Of a stretch of DNA of 64,000 nucleotides, positions 28,660-41,989 are shown piece by piece; within the stretch, counting starts at the first letter, position 1, and every line of letters begins with the position of its first letter. Under the pieces are notes generated by a model. The model had not been told where the DNA came from. It saw only the letters and a program-made list of their open reading frames with translations, and did not search any database. This DNA is from the human T2T-CHM13v2.0 reference genome, Homo sapiens. Location: the NCBI RefSeq assembly GCF_009914755.1, contig NC_060925.1; one strand, given 5' to 3'. The translations under genes and the position numbers were made by a program.

Positions 28660-28800
28660 TGACTGCAAAGTTCAATTCTGCCATTTGCTAGCTGTATAAG
28701 CTTGGACAAATTATTCTTTCTAAGCTTTATTTTTTCTATCTATAAAATGGGATAATAGGGTTGTTTGGAGAATTAAATGAGATGGTGCATGCTAAATATT
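28660..28800 (+). mobile_element. MIR fragment
   Basis: tctgccatttgctagctgt…tataaaatgggataataaggg…aattaaatgag. Confidence 0.7.
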
Positions 28801-29521
28801 TGGGTTATGTATCATTCAGAATGAATGTTTGTTAAATTATACTCACCGGTAAAATATTTAGGTATTTTAGATCTGCTAGAGATAGGCTTTTTAATCTCTT
28901 TGTGTTTTTTTGTTCAAATGTATTTGCGAACTGATTATTTTCTTAGATAATCATTTTCTTAGATAACCTTAGCGCACCTAATTTGATGCCTGTTGAGAGT
29001 AGAGAGAAACCAAAAAGCTCACAGCAGAAGGACTTTTTCATATGTCACAGTAGACAAACAAAGTTATTTTCCGTCACAGCCATGTATTGGGTGGAATGAC
29101 CTTTAGTAGCTGATGACAGCGATGTAGCAGAAGGGACAGTTTTCCACTTGACCTTTATACAATGTGCCAGCTTGTCTCATAACACAAAATAAGTTGCAAT
29201 TGACAGGCTTGATAGAACACTAACCCGACAGGAGACAGACACTGAAGCAGCCCCTGTTTGCTACCGAGCGTGGCAACTTCCATATACCCAAGGGTGCCTT
29301 AGGGATGACTACTCCCTAAGTCATGGCCAGAACATTTAGTGTAATTAGTTCCTCTAGGAGTTTATTGTGAGGTGAGATTTGCTCATAATGAATTTTCATT
29401 GCCAAGGACTTGGTTACTCGCAGGTACCCCACTATAGTCTTTTGACTTTTCTGTCTTTGTAAGCTGTCTTCCTCTCCTCTTTGCTCTTTGCTTTTACCAT
29501 AGGATGTTTTCTTCTTTACTC

Positions 29522-29822
<301 letters not shown>

Positions 29823-30030
29823 TCTTCTCAGCTTTTCTAATGCTTCATTTTTGCCGTTCCCTAACTTGACTACTTTTAGTTTTCTACCACTGGGTGATTT
29901 TTTTCCCTTGGGGCTTTCTGCATGAGGGCTAAAATGTGAAGTTCTTAAGTTTGTTCCTTCTCCCAGATAGTCACAGGGCAGAAGTGGTTCTGAGCAGCAG
30001 GTAGGAAACGTGTTGTCGTTTCGTTTACAG

Positions 30031-30077
30031 GTTTGTTGGAGGAAGTTGCTACCAGTCATCTCACTTTGCATACCTAG
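30031..30077 (+). CDS. DISC1: Probable alternative terminal exon in intron 3 (from exon 3: GLLEEVATSHLTLHT*, 387 aa)
   Basis: Acceptor TGTTGTCGTTTCGTTTACAG| at 30030; phase-1 reading ends at TAG 30075-30077; AATAAA at 30560-30565. The peptide resembles a DISC1 short-isoform tail as I recall it. Confidence 0.65.
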
Positions 30078-31053
30078 TTCTGACATTGACTGCATTAATA
30101 ACCACAGGTAATTTACTTTACCTCTGCAGGAAGTCACTGGAAGGGTTACATTTTCATTTGGGGTGAACAGCAACTGTGGATACGGATCATGAAAATTGAC
30201 AATGGAAAATGGGCATGCCATTCTGGAACTTTTCCCAGCTTTTTTCCAGAGCCAGGTCTGTCCTGATGTGAGAAATGATGTCCTCATCTGCCAAATGAGT
30301 ACAATAACATTAGCTCTACCTACCTTGCTGGGCTGATGAAAGAAACAGAGGAAATAATACATATAAAAACTGTGCTGATTGAAAGGAGCTATGTCAACAT
30401 ATTAATTCAGGCTGTCCCTGGTTGGAGTATTGTGGATAATGTTATCTGCTTTTTATTCTTTTCCACACTACAGATGAGAAAAAAAAAGAAAAAAAGTTTT
30501 TAGGAGAGAAAAAATTAGAAGAAAATGTTTAAAAATACTCTCTGGAAAGTTAGAATTCTAATAAAATCCTTAGTACCACAGTTGAGGATTTGGCTTCATG
30601 CTCCAAGTAAGTAAATCTGGCTGAGATTAATATTTGATGCATATTTATGAAATCAGATATATCAAAACTGTATCAAAAGATATAAATCTTTTATTTTTCT
30701 TAAAGACCTTATACAATGAAATGTTCATTTATATCATATGGACTTGGGGCAGCAACAAAAACTTGGCAACCTGGGGTTGCTGATATTTACAGCTGTTCAA
30801 CATTTTTGGATCCATGTATTCTCTTCAGAACACCAGAAGGCTGTGCTTTTCAAATTGTGTTCTGAGGAGCCTCAGAGATGCCTTAGGGAAGGCTGAAAGG
30901 GAAGCTTCATCCAGAGTACTTTGGTTTCCATCTGTTATTAGTCCAGTAAGATTTCATCTCAAAAAGGGCTCTGTTGCTAAAAAAAAGAAAAAGAAAAACA
31001 AACAATGAAAAAAAATCAAGAAGTAAACAAAAATTCTTGAAAAGCACTGCCTT

Positions 31054-31360
<307 letters not shown>

Positions 31361-31720
31361 TTAAGGACTTTCAAAAATGGTATCTCAGATATTTGGAAAC
31401 TATTGTTGAGAGAAAGGAAGAGATTCCTCCCAAATCTGGGCTTCTTTTTCATGTTTGATAGAAGCTTGAATTTTGAGTAAAAAACACAGTATGCTAGAGA
31501 TGCTTAACCTGGAATGACCATGGTATTTGATACAAATGAGGTTCTGTAGAATGCGGACAGCTCTGCCTGGACTGCTCTATGAAATAGATCTTTCTACTTA
31601 TCCACACTCGAACAAGTGTGTCCAGCATAAACATCACAGTGCTTCAAATACTGTTAGTCCCAGTCAAGGATGTTATTCTGTGTCCATTCCACTCAGAGGT
31701 ATTCATTTTCTTCTTGGCAG

Positions 31721-31783
31721 CTGGAACCAATTGCTTTGGATCCACCATGGAAGCCTCGACATCCTGAACCAAACTCCTATTAA
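31721..31783 (+). CDS. DISC1: Alternative terminal exon of short DISC1 isoforms (coding part). From exon 2: LEPIALDPPWKPRHPEPNSY* (369 aa, 'Es'-type). From exon 3: AGTNCFGSTMEASTS* (387 aa)
   Basis: Acceptor TTTTCTTCTTGGCAG| at 31720; 20 codons then TAA at 31781-31783. 349+20=369 aa, matching the C-terminus and length I recall for the extra-short isoform. Candidate poly(A) signal ATTAAA at 32163-32168. Confidence 0.85.
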   Translation: MEPIALDPPWKPRHPEPNSY

Positions 31784-32230
31784 TGAAACTTCCCAAATTT
31801 AAACAAAGCAAGACAAATAGATATCCACACAGCGTAGATCATGACTTCTTTAGACATCATGAAAAGAAAAAGAGGACCCACGTGGAAGAATACGCTCATT
31901 TATGATCAGGGTAGCATCATATTCCTCTCCCTTTTAACATTATTTCAGGATAGCAGCTGTCTGGATGCTGGCCATGGGCTTGAAAAAAACCAGGTGGGCA
32001 TTTCTGCCCACTGTACCGTTTCTCCCATGCGTTTCCCAGTCCCCTGTCATGGCATGAAAAAACCGCTATTGTTCTGTGTTGGGACAATTAGATTTTTGTA
32101 GGGGGGAGAAACCACCCAAAAGCAAATGGAAAAATATGCTATGATTAATGTCAGTTACGGGAATTAAACTTCGGAGGCCTTTAGGACAATTATGAAGGAA
32201 TCATTTTCCCCTTGGTGGCAATATGTACTA

Positions 32231-32492
32231 CAGTTGTCCCTTGATATCCATGGGGGATTAATTCCAGGACGCCTGTGGATACAGAAATCCACGTGTACTC
32301 AAGTCTTGTTTTCAGTGGATATGAAAAGTCGGCCCTCCATATCTGCAGGTTTTACACTTGGCGAATGCTGTATTTTTGATTCATGTTGGATTAAGGATCT
32401 GGAACCCCTGATACAGACTGTATTTATTGAAAAAAAGTCTGCCTATGAGTAGACTCACATGTTAAAACCCGTGTTGTTCAAGGGTCAACCAT
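32231..32492. mobile_element. MER8/Tigger2-type non-autonomous DNA transposon
   Basis: Inverted ends cagttgtcccttga… / …gtgttgttcaagggtcaac. Confidence 0.75.
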
Positions 32493-34427
32493 AACTGCAG
32501 GCAGAACATCTGGGCAGGAAGCTCCTGCAGGAAGACCTGTAAACTCAGGTCTGTGGAACGGCGATGATCTTCTTCCCTTGCTTCCAGAATTATTGCTGTG
32601 AGATCAGGTGCACTGACTACGACCTTACTCTTTGTGCAGAACTTATTTCTGGTCTGGTTTAAGTGAACGTTATTCTTTCTGTGCAGTCCTGTGGTTACAT
32701 CAAAGGTTAAATTTCATATAGCATGTCTGTTATATCAGACTTCTCTGATGGCCTGTCCAGAGCAAACATTTTAAAATATTGGTCCTATTCTGTCTTATAA
32801 CAGTCTGCTCTGGTGATTTTTGTCTCATCAATTGGATTATGACACTGTCAGCCACTGTTAGTGTTATTCTCAAATTCAGTCTTCCATTCATCTCTCCTTC
32901 CCTTCCCTGGCAGACAGACTTCTGCAGCCACTGGGACTGTTGGGGTGAGGAAAGGCAAGAACCGATGTTTCATTCTCTCCCTCCCTTCTTCCTCCCTCTT
33001 TTTTGTTGGTTGTGGGGTGGGCTACATCTTCTTACCCAAACAACCAGGAGCATTTGTTGGCAAGTTTATTGTGCCCAGTGCCGATGTCTGGACAATTAAT
33101 TCCCTAGGTCAGTGGCTTTCACAGTTTGTGATGGTGACTCCAGGAAGGAAACTCACCATGACCCTGTATATACATAGAACAAAAATGCAGCCCACTCTGA
33201 TATTGTATTTGTTCTATTCTAGTTCATTAAAAGTGAATGTTGGTCTTCATCCTTTAAATGGATATTGTCACCTGCTAATAGATTGGACCAGTATTTTGAA
33301 CAATGGCCTTGGTACTTCATTTGGCTTTGCATGCTCAATTGTCATATCCTCTGTGTGGGGAAGGGGGCAGGGCTGCTTCCCTGGGCTGTCTCCTGGGATG
33401 CCCAGGGGCCCTGCCTGCCTGCGTGGGTCCTTGGGGACCTAGAAGTTCCGGTTTTTCATGAAACAGCGGGGCTCTAGAAGAGCCTTTTCCCTTATCCTGA
33501 CTCTTCCACCCTGATTTCTTCCCGAGGACTTCTTACTATGTTTAAAGATGGCAGTGAAGTGGCCTGTGGGTTCTAGAACCCTGCAAACACCGCCCCAAGT
33601 GTGATACCAGTTTACCCTTCTTGTAGACATCCCCAAACTTCAAGGTGATTGTCTTGAAGCCCTTCACCCAGGAGAGGGAACCAGCGTACAATAACCGCTG
33701 TGCTGCAGGAGAGGGGAGGTAAAGAGTTGTCACAGCCTTGAGCCTAGCTCTTCCCCCAAAGGCAGTCTCTCTTTTCTTCTTCCTTCCTTTAGTCATCTGT
33801 GTATAGGCACAGACGCAAACTTTTCCTGGAATTCCTAATCTTAAGCAGTCTTCAATAGGAGACCTGGCTTCAGAGTCTGTCCTTAAACAGTGAGGTGCCC
33901 TGTGTCTTTTATTCTTAACTGTGGCCTATCTCCACTCAAATTTTGGCATTTGGCGTTTGGTTGTCAGTGGTTATTTTACATTCTCAAGTGTCACTGTCAT
34001 TTGGTTAGGGTAGTTGTCAGGGTGGTTCTGAGAGCCAAGTGTGTAGCATAGCTTTGTTGTTACAAATGAAAAGGCCAGTTCCCATTTAACCAGGTACTGC
34101 TGGCTTTCTCTACAGGTTTTGGTCTACATCCATTAGTGCTCTTTGTTGTCCATGTCACTATAGGAGAGATTCCCCGGGACCTACAGGGTCACTGTCTGTT
34201 TCCAGGATCAGTGAGTCACTCCCTCGTGGCCTGTTATGGCTTTGTGTGACCACAGAGAGGGTCACGGTGGTGTGGAAGCAGGGAGGGGGAGTCAGCCCTC
34301 GCTGTGCAGCAACCACAGTGACGTCCCCAGTGATCAGGCTTCGTGGGGATGCTCAAGTCCCTCTTGATGATCAGCTCTAGTGATTCTCATGTTCTGCACG
34401 CACAGAATACATCCTGGAATAATGGTG

Positions 34428-34921
34428 GTGAGGTAGGAAACTGGCAAGACTTATTTTGTGTTCACAAGCCTCCTGACCCAAACAGGATCTGGTCCAGACA
34501 GGGTCAAGTGAAGAAACTGACGCAAACCAGCAGATGGCGACAAAAGCCATCCCTAACTGCCCTTATTGCTCATTAGCATAAGACATCCCACCAGCCCCAT
34601 GACAGCTTACAAATGCCATGGCAACTACCGGAAGTTACTGCCCCTTTCCTAGGAAGTTCTAAATAACCCACCCCTCAATTTGCACTAGCTCACCCCTTAA
34701 TTTGCCTGTAATTGAAAGTGGGAATAAACACAGTTCCGAGAGCCCATATGTTGCTGACTCTGCATTGCTGCCTATGAGTTAGCCCTGCTCTGCAAGGAGC
34801 AGTACGCTTCATTAAGATGATTGCTGTCTAACACCACCAGGTCGCCCTTGAATTATTTCCTGGTTGAAGTCAAGAACCTTCCTGGGATAAGCCCCAGTTT
34901 GGGGGCTTGCCTGTCCTGCAT
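34428..34921 (+). mobile_element. ERV1 solo LTR (MER66-like)
   Basis: tgaggtaggaaactggcaagact…ccatggcaactaccggaagttac…cccttgaattatttcctgg…aagccccagtttggggg. Confidence 0.7.
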
Positions 34922-36933
34922 TGTTGGTATTTTCCGTTTGCTGAGAAAAGTTCAGTTAGTGCTGCCTGAGCTGGCTGAAGGCCCTTCTGGGCTGGGTCCA
35001 TATGCCCAAGAGGGTGACACTGGCTGGTCTCGGGGGTGGTGTCTTTGAGGGAATGAGATTGGTCCTACGAGTGCTGGAGAAACTGCACACTGAAATGGTG
35101 TAGCCTAGCATTGTTAGGGAGTGGCAGATAGGAGCAAGAAGCTGAAAGCAGGGAGCAGACAGGAAGGAGCACATCCCCTTTCCTCCTCCAGCCTTGCAGT
35201 CTCTTTGGAGCTGGCAGCAAAGTCAGAAACATGGTTGGTCTACAGAGGTCCAGCCTCAGCATCACAAAACAGAAGATAAAAAGATATGTTTAGAGGGGAG
35301 AGACAATAGCTTAATAACAGGCACAGCCCCAAAATAACATTTTGCTTTTCCATGTTATGAACCAAGTGAGAGATAACATGAAGGCATGAAGAAGATGGAA
35401 ATCTAAATATCAGCATCGTTCCTGATAACATAACATTATGGAATGTGGCTTGGGTATATGGCAACAATGGGCTTCCTAATACCAAACCCCAGAACAAGAA
35501 TTGCCCATGCAGCTGTGGGCAGTGATGAGCTGCAGGCACCTTTTTTTTGAGGCCTGGCCTTGTAAACCTGAGTTTCTGGAGGAGCAGAGCAAATGAGTGC
35601 TGCCCAAGGTCACCTGGCCTCCACCAAGGAGGGAGAGAGGAAGCACTGAGTTACACATGCTCAGTCTTAGGTCCCAGTTTACCAGTGGGGAAATTCAGTC
35701 TATCTCCCTGGACAGGTGAAAGCAGCGGGGCAACAGGGAAAGCCCCTCCTCATGGATACCTAAGGGCAGGGAAGACGGGCTGTATTCCCTCCCTACATAA
35801 TGTAAAAGACAATATTCTCAAAAGCAGTTGACACAACAGGGGCCAGTTCTTATAAATTGATAGTATCACCCCAGAATGTGTTTGGGCAAAGGCAGTTTTA
35901 TAAGTGGCCACATGATCTGGTTCCATGACATGCTGCTTAACTGCTCTGTCTTAATTCAGGAAGTGGTTTTAGAATATCAGGAAAAGAGAGACGGATGGAC
36001 TGCATCATCTTTCTAGAAATATCATATCCATAATCACATCCATGATCTCTCTCTTAGCCTATGATGGACAAATAAGGGTCTGCAGTGAGATTTTACCCTT
36101 CCCTGCAAGAATCTGGGGTGTAACTATTCAGGATTATTCATTAAGAGAGGGCTCTCAAGCTAATAGAATCAACCTTGGATTAAGGCTGGCATAGTAATGC
36201 AGTCAGTACTTGGTAATTAGCAATATTCTGATTCTTTTCTTAAAACACCAGCTCATCCCTGCCTGCTCCTGCTTGTCTTCAGGTGTCTGCAAGATGATAA
36301 AATGGATGAACATAGCACATGATTATCCGTGGAATACTCAGAAACTATCATCTCTCGTGTTATAGCTTGCTTTTTCTCTATTTTTCATGGACACCTGTGC
36401 TTCTCACTCTAATTTTACATTGCACACCTATAATGGATTCTTATTTTCTGCTACTGATATTTTTGCTAGTGTATAAGATAGAATTTCATATATCAACATG
36501 TCCCAGTATTCCTCAGAGGGCTTAATGACTTCCAGGTGGTTCAGAACCACTGATGCCTGGGGCCCTAAAGGGAGACTGCTGCATGTCCTACATGTGTGAA
36601 TGGAGGACAGAGAGCGAGTTTAGGACAGGGGGCAGGGATGGACATTTTACATTTTGAAGAAGTAAACACTGGGCAAGACTGGCCATTAATTCCTCCTCTA
36701 TTTGACCATCCTCTGGGTGTTGGGACTCACTGAATATAGGCTGAGTTTCAGAGAGACGCCCCTTGAGTAGAATTAAATCTGAATCAAGAAGCAATTAAAC
36801 CCATGACAGCAATCTCTTGGAATCATTTTTACTTTTGTAACAACTCTTCTACTTGTGTTTTTCAAAACTCTTCACAGGCATTCTTTTCTCACCATTTTAC
36901 AATAATCTGGTGGCATGAGTTGGCCTAGTGTTA

Positions 36934-37140
<207 letters not shown>

Positions 37141-38025
37141 GGAGGGGTAGGGGGGTGGTAAGAAAAAACCCTAAAATTATATTATAAGATTGTTTAGGAT
37201 GAATCCAGGACTAAAATCTGGGTCTCCTGACTCTTAAGCAGATAAATCAGTTTTAAAACTTGATTTTTTTTTCGTATGCTAGAGGATTTCATACAAAGAT
37301 GGAGGAATCACGCTGCATCCCTTTGGTGTTTACTTGATCATTTTATTCCTCTTTAGAGGTTTATCTTTAGGATCACATGTTGTGCCATCTATGATGTTAA
37401 TCTTTAAGATGCTAGCTTAAAGCATTATAAAGCCAAGATTTGTTTTTTAAAGTGTCTAAAGAGAATGTCTCTTGTTAAAGTGAGACTGTCTTCTCATTTT
37501 ACAAATCCTAACTGCCTTTTACAGCACACAGTGCGGTAGATGTTCGGGAGGCAGCCGCCAACAAGGCACAATCGCCCACTGTCTTCAGGGGCCTCTGGCT
37601 TAGTCCTCATGCTCCTGGATAGCACCTACCAGGAGTTCCCATCTGGGTCCAGGAGTTAGGCTTTAATACCTAGTAAGAGTCATTGAGCTGCCAACTATTA
37701 TTTTGTAGCTCAGAGGTCTTGGAGCTCTATCCTTGGAGTTATACACTTAACCAGTGAAGAGCCTAACGGCCAAAGATGTAACTGCTTGACATATGAAACC
37801 ACATGGTGAACTTAGTTTGTTCTACCAAGGACCTGAGGTCTTTCTTCCATCTGCATTCTGTTACTATTGCATTTTTGCTCTGGAAAATGTTCCCATTTAA
37901 CGAAATTTTATTTCTAAAATCTGCATGGCATCTGAGGAGTTTGAGAAAGTACTTCTAAAATGTGTCCTGCAGAGCCTTCTACAGTGTATCTTTCGGCTTC
38001 TCCTTAGTTATTTATAGAGGCATAT

Positions 38026-38594
38026 ATATATATTTTTATTATGCTTTAAGTTTTAGGGTACATGTGCACAACGTGCAGGTTTGTTACATATGTATACGTG
38101 TGCCATGTTGGTGTGCTGCACCCATTAACTCGTCATTTAACATTAGGTATATCTCCTCATGCTATCCCTCCCCCTCCCCCAACCCCAAAACAGGCCTGGT
38201 GTGTGATGTTCCCCTTCCTGTGTCTATGAGTTCTCATTGTTCAATTCCCACCTACGAGTGAGAACATGTGGTGTTTGGTTTTTTGTCCTTGAGATAGTTT
38301 GCTGAGAATGATGGTTTCTAGCTTCATCCATGTCCCTACAAAGGACACAAACTCAACCTTTTTTATGGCTGCGTAGTATTCCATGGTGTATATGTGCCTC
38401 ATTTTCTTAATCCAGTCTATCATTGTTGGACATTTGGGTTGGTTCCAAGTCTTTGCTATTGTGAATAGTGCCGCAATAAACATACGTGTGCATATGTCTT
38501 TATAGCAGCATGTTTTATAATCCTTTGGGTATATACCCAGTAATGGGATGGCTGGGTCAAATGGTATTTCTACTTCTAGATCCCTGAGGAATCG
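38026..38594 (-). mobile_element. 5'-truncated L1PA 3' end
   Basis: Classic L1PA 3' UTR and ORF2 C-terminus (MFIAALFTIAKTWNQPKCP…); TSD TATAGAGGCATAT at 38013-38025 and 38595-38607. Confidence 0.95.
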
Positions 38595-40350
38595 TATAGA
38601 GGCATATTGGAGTCCAGTACATACACAGGTTCACAGTGTGCTAGAAGCATTGCTCTTTATTAGTTATTCTTATCACTGGCTGCAGTTTTGTGATTTCTCT
38701 CTATTAACATTGCCTTTGAATTGAAGGTCACTGTTTTATTTGTATTGCTGCTCTTCAGCCAAAAGAAAATAGCTTCATTCTGCTTTGTTCCAAGAAACTA
38801 ATATTCTAGCATGCTTTATGCCTTCTGATTGGATTTCATCCAAATTGGAATAGCTCAGGCTAGTGGAAATATTTTATTTAATCCTCTAGGGTTTTTTTTT
38901 TTTTTTGACTAGCTGTTGTATCTTGATACCTTTACATCACTCAAAGAATTTAAGCTGTTCCTGCTGCCATGTCATTAGCCAGAGACCAATTTTGTACAAC
39001 CCCCTTGGCTTTGGGCCTAACACTGGTATGTTCCATTTGTCCATTCCAGAAAGGGATGTACACATCACTGTGGTTTGAATTATATTTTAAAAAATAATGA
39101 TGATGGTGGTTGCTCAGTGGTGCTCCTCTGATACTCTGAATTCTATTATAGATGAATGAGCTGCAAAATATTCTATAAAAAAACAATTATGTCTTAAAAG
39201 ATTATAGGCTGCAGCAATTACCACTAAAAGGGTGAGAGAGCCTGTAGTTTTTGAGCACTGACAAGCAGATACATCCAGCTAATTTTTTGTGAAAACACCA
39301 GCAGAGCAAATTACTCATGAAAAATCTGTTCACAGGAATGAATTAAATGCCATGTCCAGTTTAACAGTGAACACTGACTGCAACCAAAAACCAATAGAGA
39401 TAAATAATGAATGGCATTTGAATTCATTCATTTGTATGATTCCAAAAATAGCCTCAGTGCCAATAGTGTTTCTAATGTCCAAAACCCACTGTAGACATGG
39501 AGAAGGATAAAGAAGCCAATGAAAAAGAAACTAAAAAAGTGACCATTTGGATTTTATTTTTTCTCCACATTCCTGCAGCCAGTCACATTGACCTTTTATT
39601 TTTATTTTTTATTTTTAAACTTTAGATTCAGGGGATACATGTTGTGCAGGTTTGTGACAAGGATGTGTTGTGTGATGCTGAGGTTTGGGCTTCTATTGAT
39701 CATGTCACCCCAAATGTAGTTAGTGAACATAGCACCCAATAAAATGTTTTTCAATAGTGCAGTTTCTACAGTTACTGTTAATATGGAATTGGCCCAATAA
39801 CAACTGGCTGAATGTATAAGTTGGATGATAGCTTGCCAGAAATTTCCCATGGCCTTGTTGGTAGGCTGGGGTAAGATATGATAATATGCTATAAAGGATT
39901 ATTCTTTTAATTTCTCTCCTAGTTAGACTATACCTAATAAACTTCAGTTTTCAGTGCACAGAATTGGTCATTTATCAGCTGTGCACCTAGATTGCTAAGT
40001 GAGTTAGTCCTAGCCTAAGTAATTAACCCATTTTGGTGATGACTGAATATATGTCTAAATTCAATTAAAATGAAGAATATGGTGTAAAATTATTTTTATG
40101 CAGGAGAGCCTGCCATTACATTTTAAATAAGAGTTTCTCTTTCAGAGTTTACATATTTTTAAATGGCTAAAAAAAAAAAATCACAGTTTTTTGTGTAGGC
40201 ATGATCTATCACATTTCCCTGTATAACCCCAAATGGGAAAATGGAAGTTCTAGGTTCCAAGCTTGGGTTCCTGAATTTCACTTTAATATTTTAAGGATTA
40301 AGAAAGAACCTTGAAAGGATATTCTGTTGTAGCCCAGTTTTTAGGCAGTA

Positions 40351-40766
40351 TTGATTCAGGAAAGGCAAGCCCCAAACTGGGGCTTAGCCCAGGAGGGTTC
40401 TTGGCTTTGCCCAGGAAAGAATTCAAGGGAAAGATGGTGGTAGAAGAAAACAGCTTTATTGAAGTGGCAGTGTTATAGTTCTGTGATTGCTCCTGCAGCT
40501 TAAAGGCAGTTCTGCAGTAATATTTATACCTACTTTTAATTACATGCAAATTAAGAGGTAGTTCATGCAAAAATTTCTAGGAAGAGGGTGGTAACTTCTG
40601 CATTGTTGGATCATTGCCATGGAAAGGGGCAGAAACTCTCAGGTGTTGCCATGGCAATGGTAAACATGGCATGCTGGGCCTGTCTTTGAAAAGGTGCTTC
40701 CATTGCCTCCCTGTTTTAACCAGTCCTCAATTAGGCCTGGTGTCTGAGCCCCACCTCCTACCTCTG
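40351..40766 (-). mobile_element. ERV1 solo LTR (MER66-like), antisense
   Basis: Reverse-complement homology to the 34428-34921 LTR (ccccaaactggggcttagccc…gaattcaaggg…gttgccatggcaa…cctcctacctc). Confidence 0.7.
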
Positions 40767-41989
40767 TATCACTCTTAATACTTTGTTATATTTTTATTAA
40801 TATATCAAGGTTATGTTAATTTTGTGCACTGAAAGAGCTGTGAATTTTGCAAAAGTTTCCAAATTAACTGAGAAGTGCCACCAAGAGATATAGTCTATTC
40901 AGTTTTTCCAAAAGCTGCTTTCTTAGCACATATTCCATTTGGGCATAATTTTAGCAAGTTGACTTATAAAGCGTCTTTAAGTGGAATATTTCTTCCCCTG
41001 CCTCACAGCCAAGGCAATGGCTCTCCCTGGCACTGTGCAAACCCTGAGCCAGACGCTCTGCTCTCAACAGTTACAACAAAGTCACCAGGTAGATCTAGTT
41101 TCACTGTCTCTTTCACTGTCAAGGAGACTGAGTCTTAGAGAGGTTCTGACTTGTTCAACATCTTGCAACTAGTAAAGAGTAAAATTAAGGTTTGACTTGA
41201 GACAGCTTCTTCAGAACTCATGCTCTTAAATCCTGACCCTATAGTGTGAATACCTTGGACCCCTGCTCAGCCATAAAGTCCTCTCTTGCCCTCCACTGTC
41301 ATGAGGACTCTCCAAGGTTGTATTGACTTGAAGGCTACATGAGAAAGGTGGGTGGGTGCATACTTTACAGTTGAGTTTGATAGCATAGCAAGGCTTGACA
41401 GATAATGATAACTAGCTATCTATGTGCCTAGGGTTTCTCATACATCGCATCATGAATTTTTTTACAACCTTGTGTCCAGTGTATTGATCAGAAAGGTCAC
41501 AGAGACAAGAAGTGCCCCAGCAGGAATTCAGACCCATCTCTGTTTGGCTTCATAATTTATGCAAATCGATCCCAGACAGAATTCTACTTAGAAATGCCTC
41601 AAGATACCAGTTGGAAATTATCTTTCATTTCTGAAACTGGAAATTAAAAAATTATTTAAACAATGCATAATCATTGTAAAAATATGTAGGCATTGGGATA
41701 TACAGTATAAATAAAAGAAAAATATCCTTTGTAGAGATCCTTTGTAGACATAGCCACCATTCATATTTCGATGTGTGTCCTTTTTGACCTTTTTCATTGT
41801 GTGGCTGAGTGGCATTTTGTCTTTTGCTATTTCCGTTGGGTTCTCTGTATTATGGCTACTTGGATATGATCTAAGGAATGTTCCTCTTTCTCCAGTAAGT
41901 GCTTTCAATGCATATATCTTAATAAACAGGTAGAAAGTTGGATAGTTTGCTCTTTCTACTAATAAGTAGGAGCCACGATAGTAGTATTG

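Noticed and set aside
28543-28968. Short tandem duplications (tcatcttattatca x2; ttttcttagataa x2)
   Set aside because: Ordinary slippage micro-duplications with no further structure.
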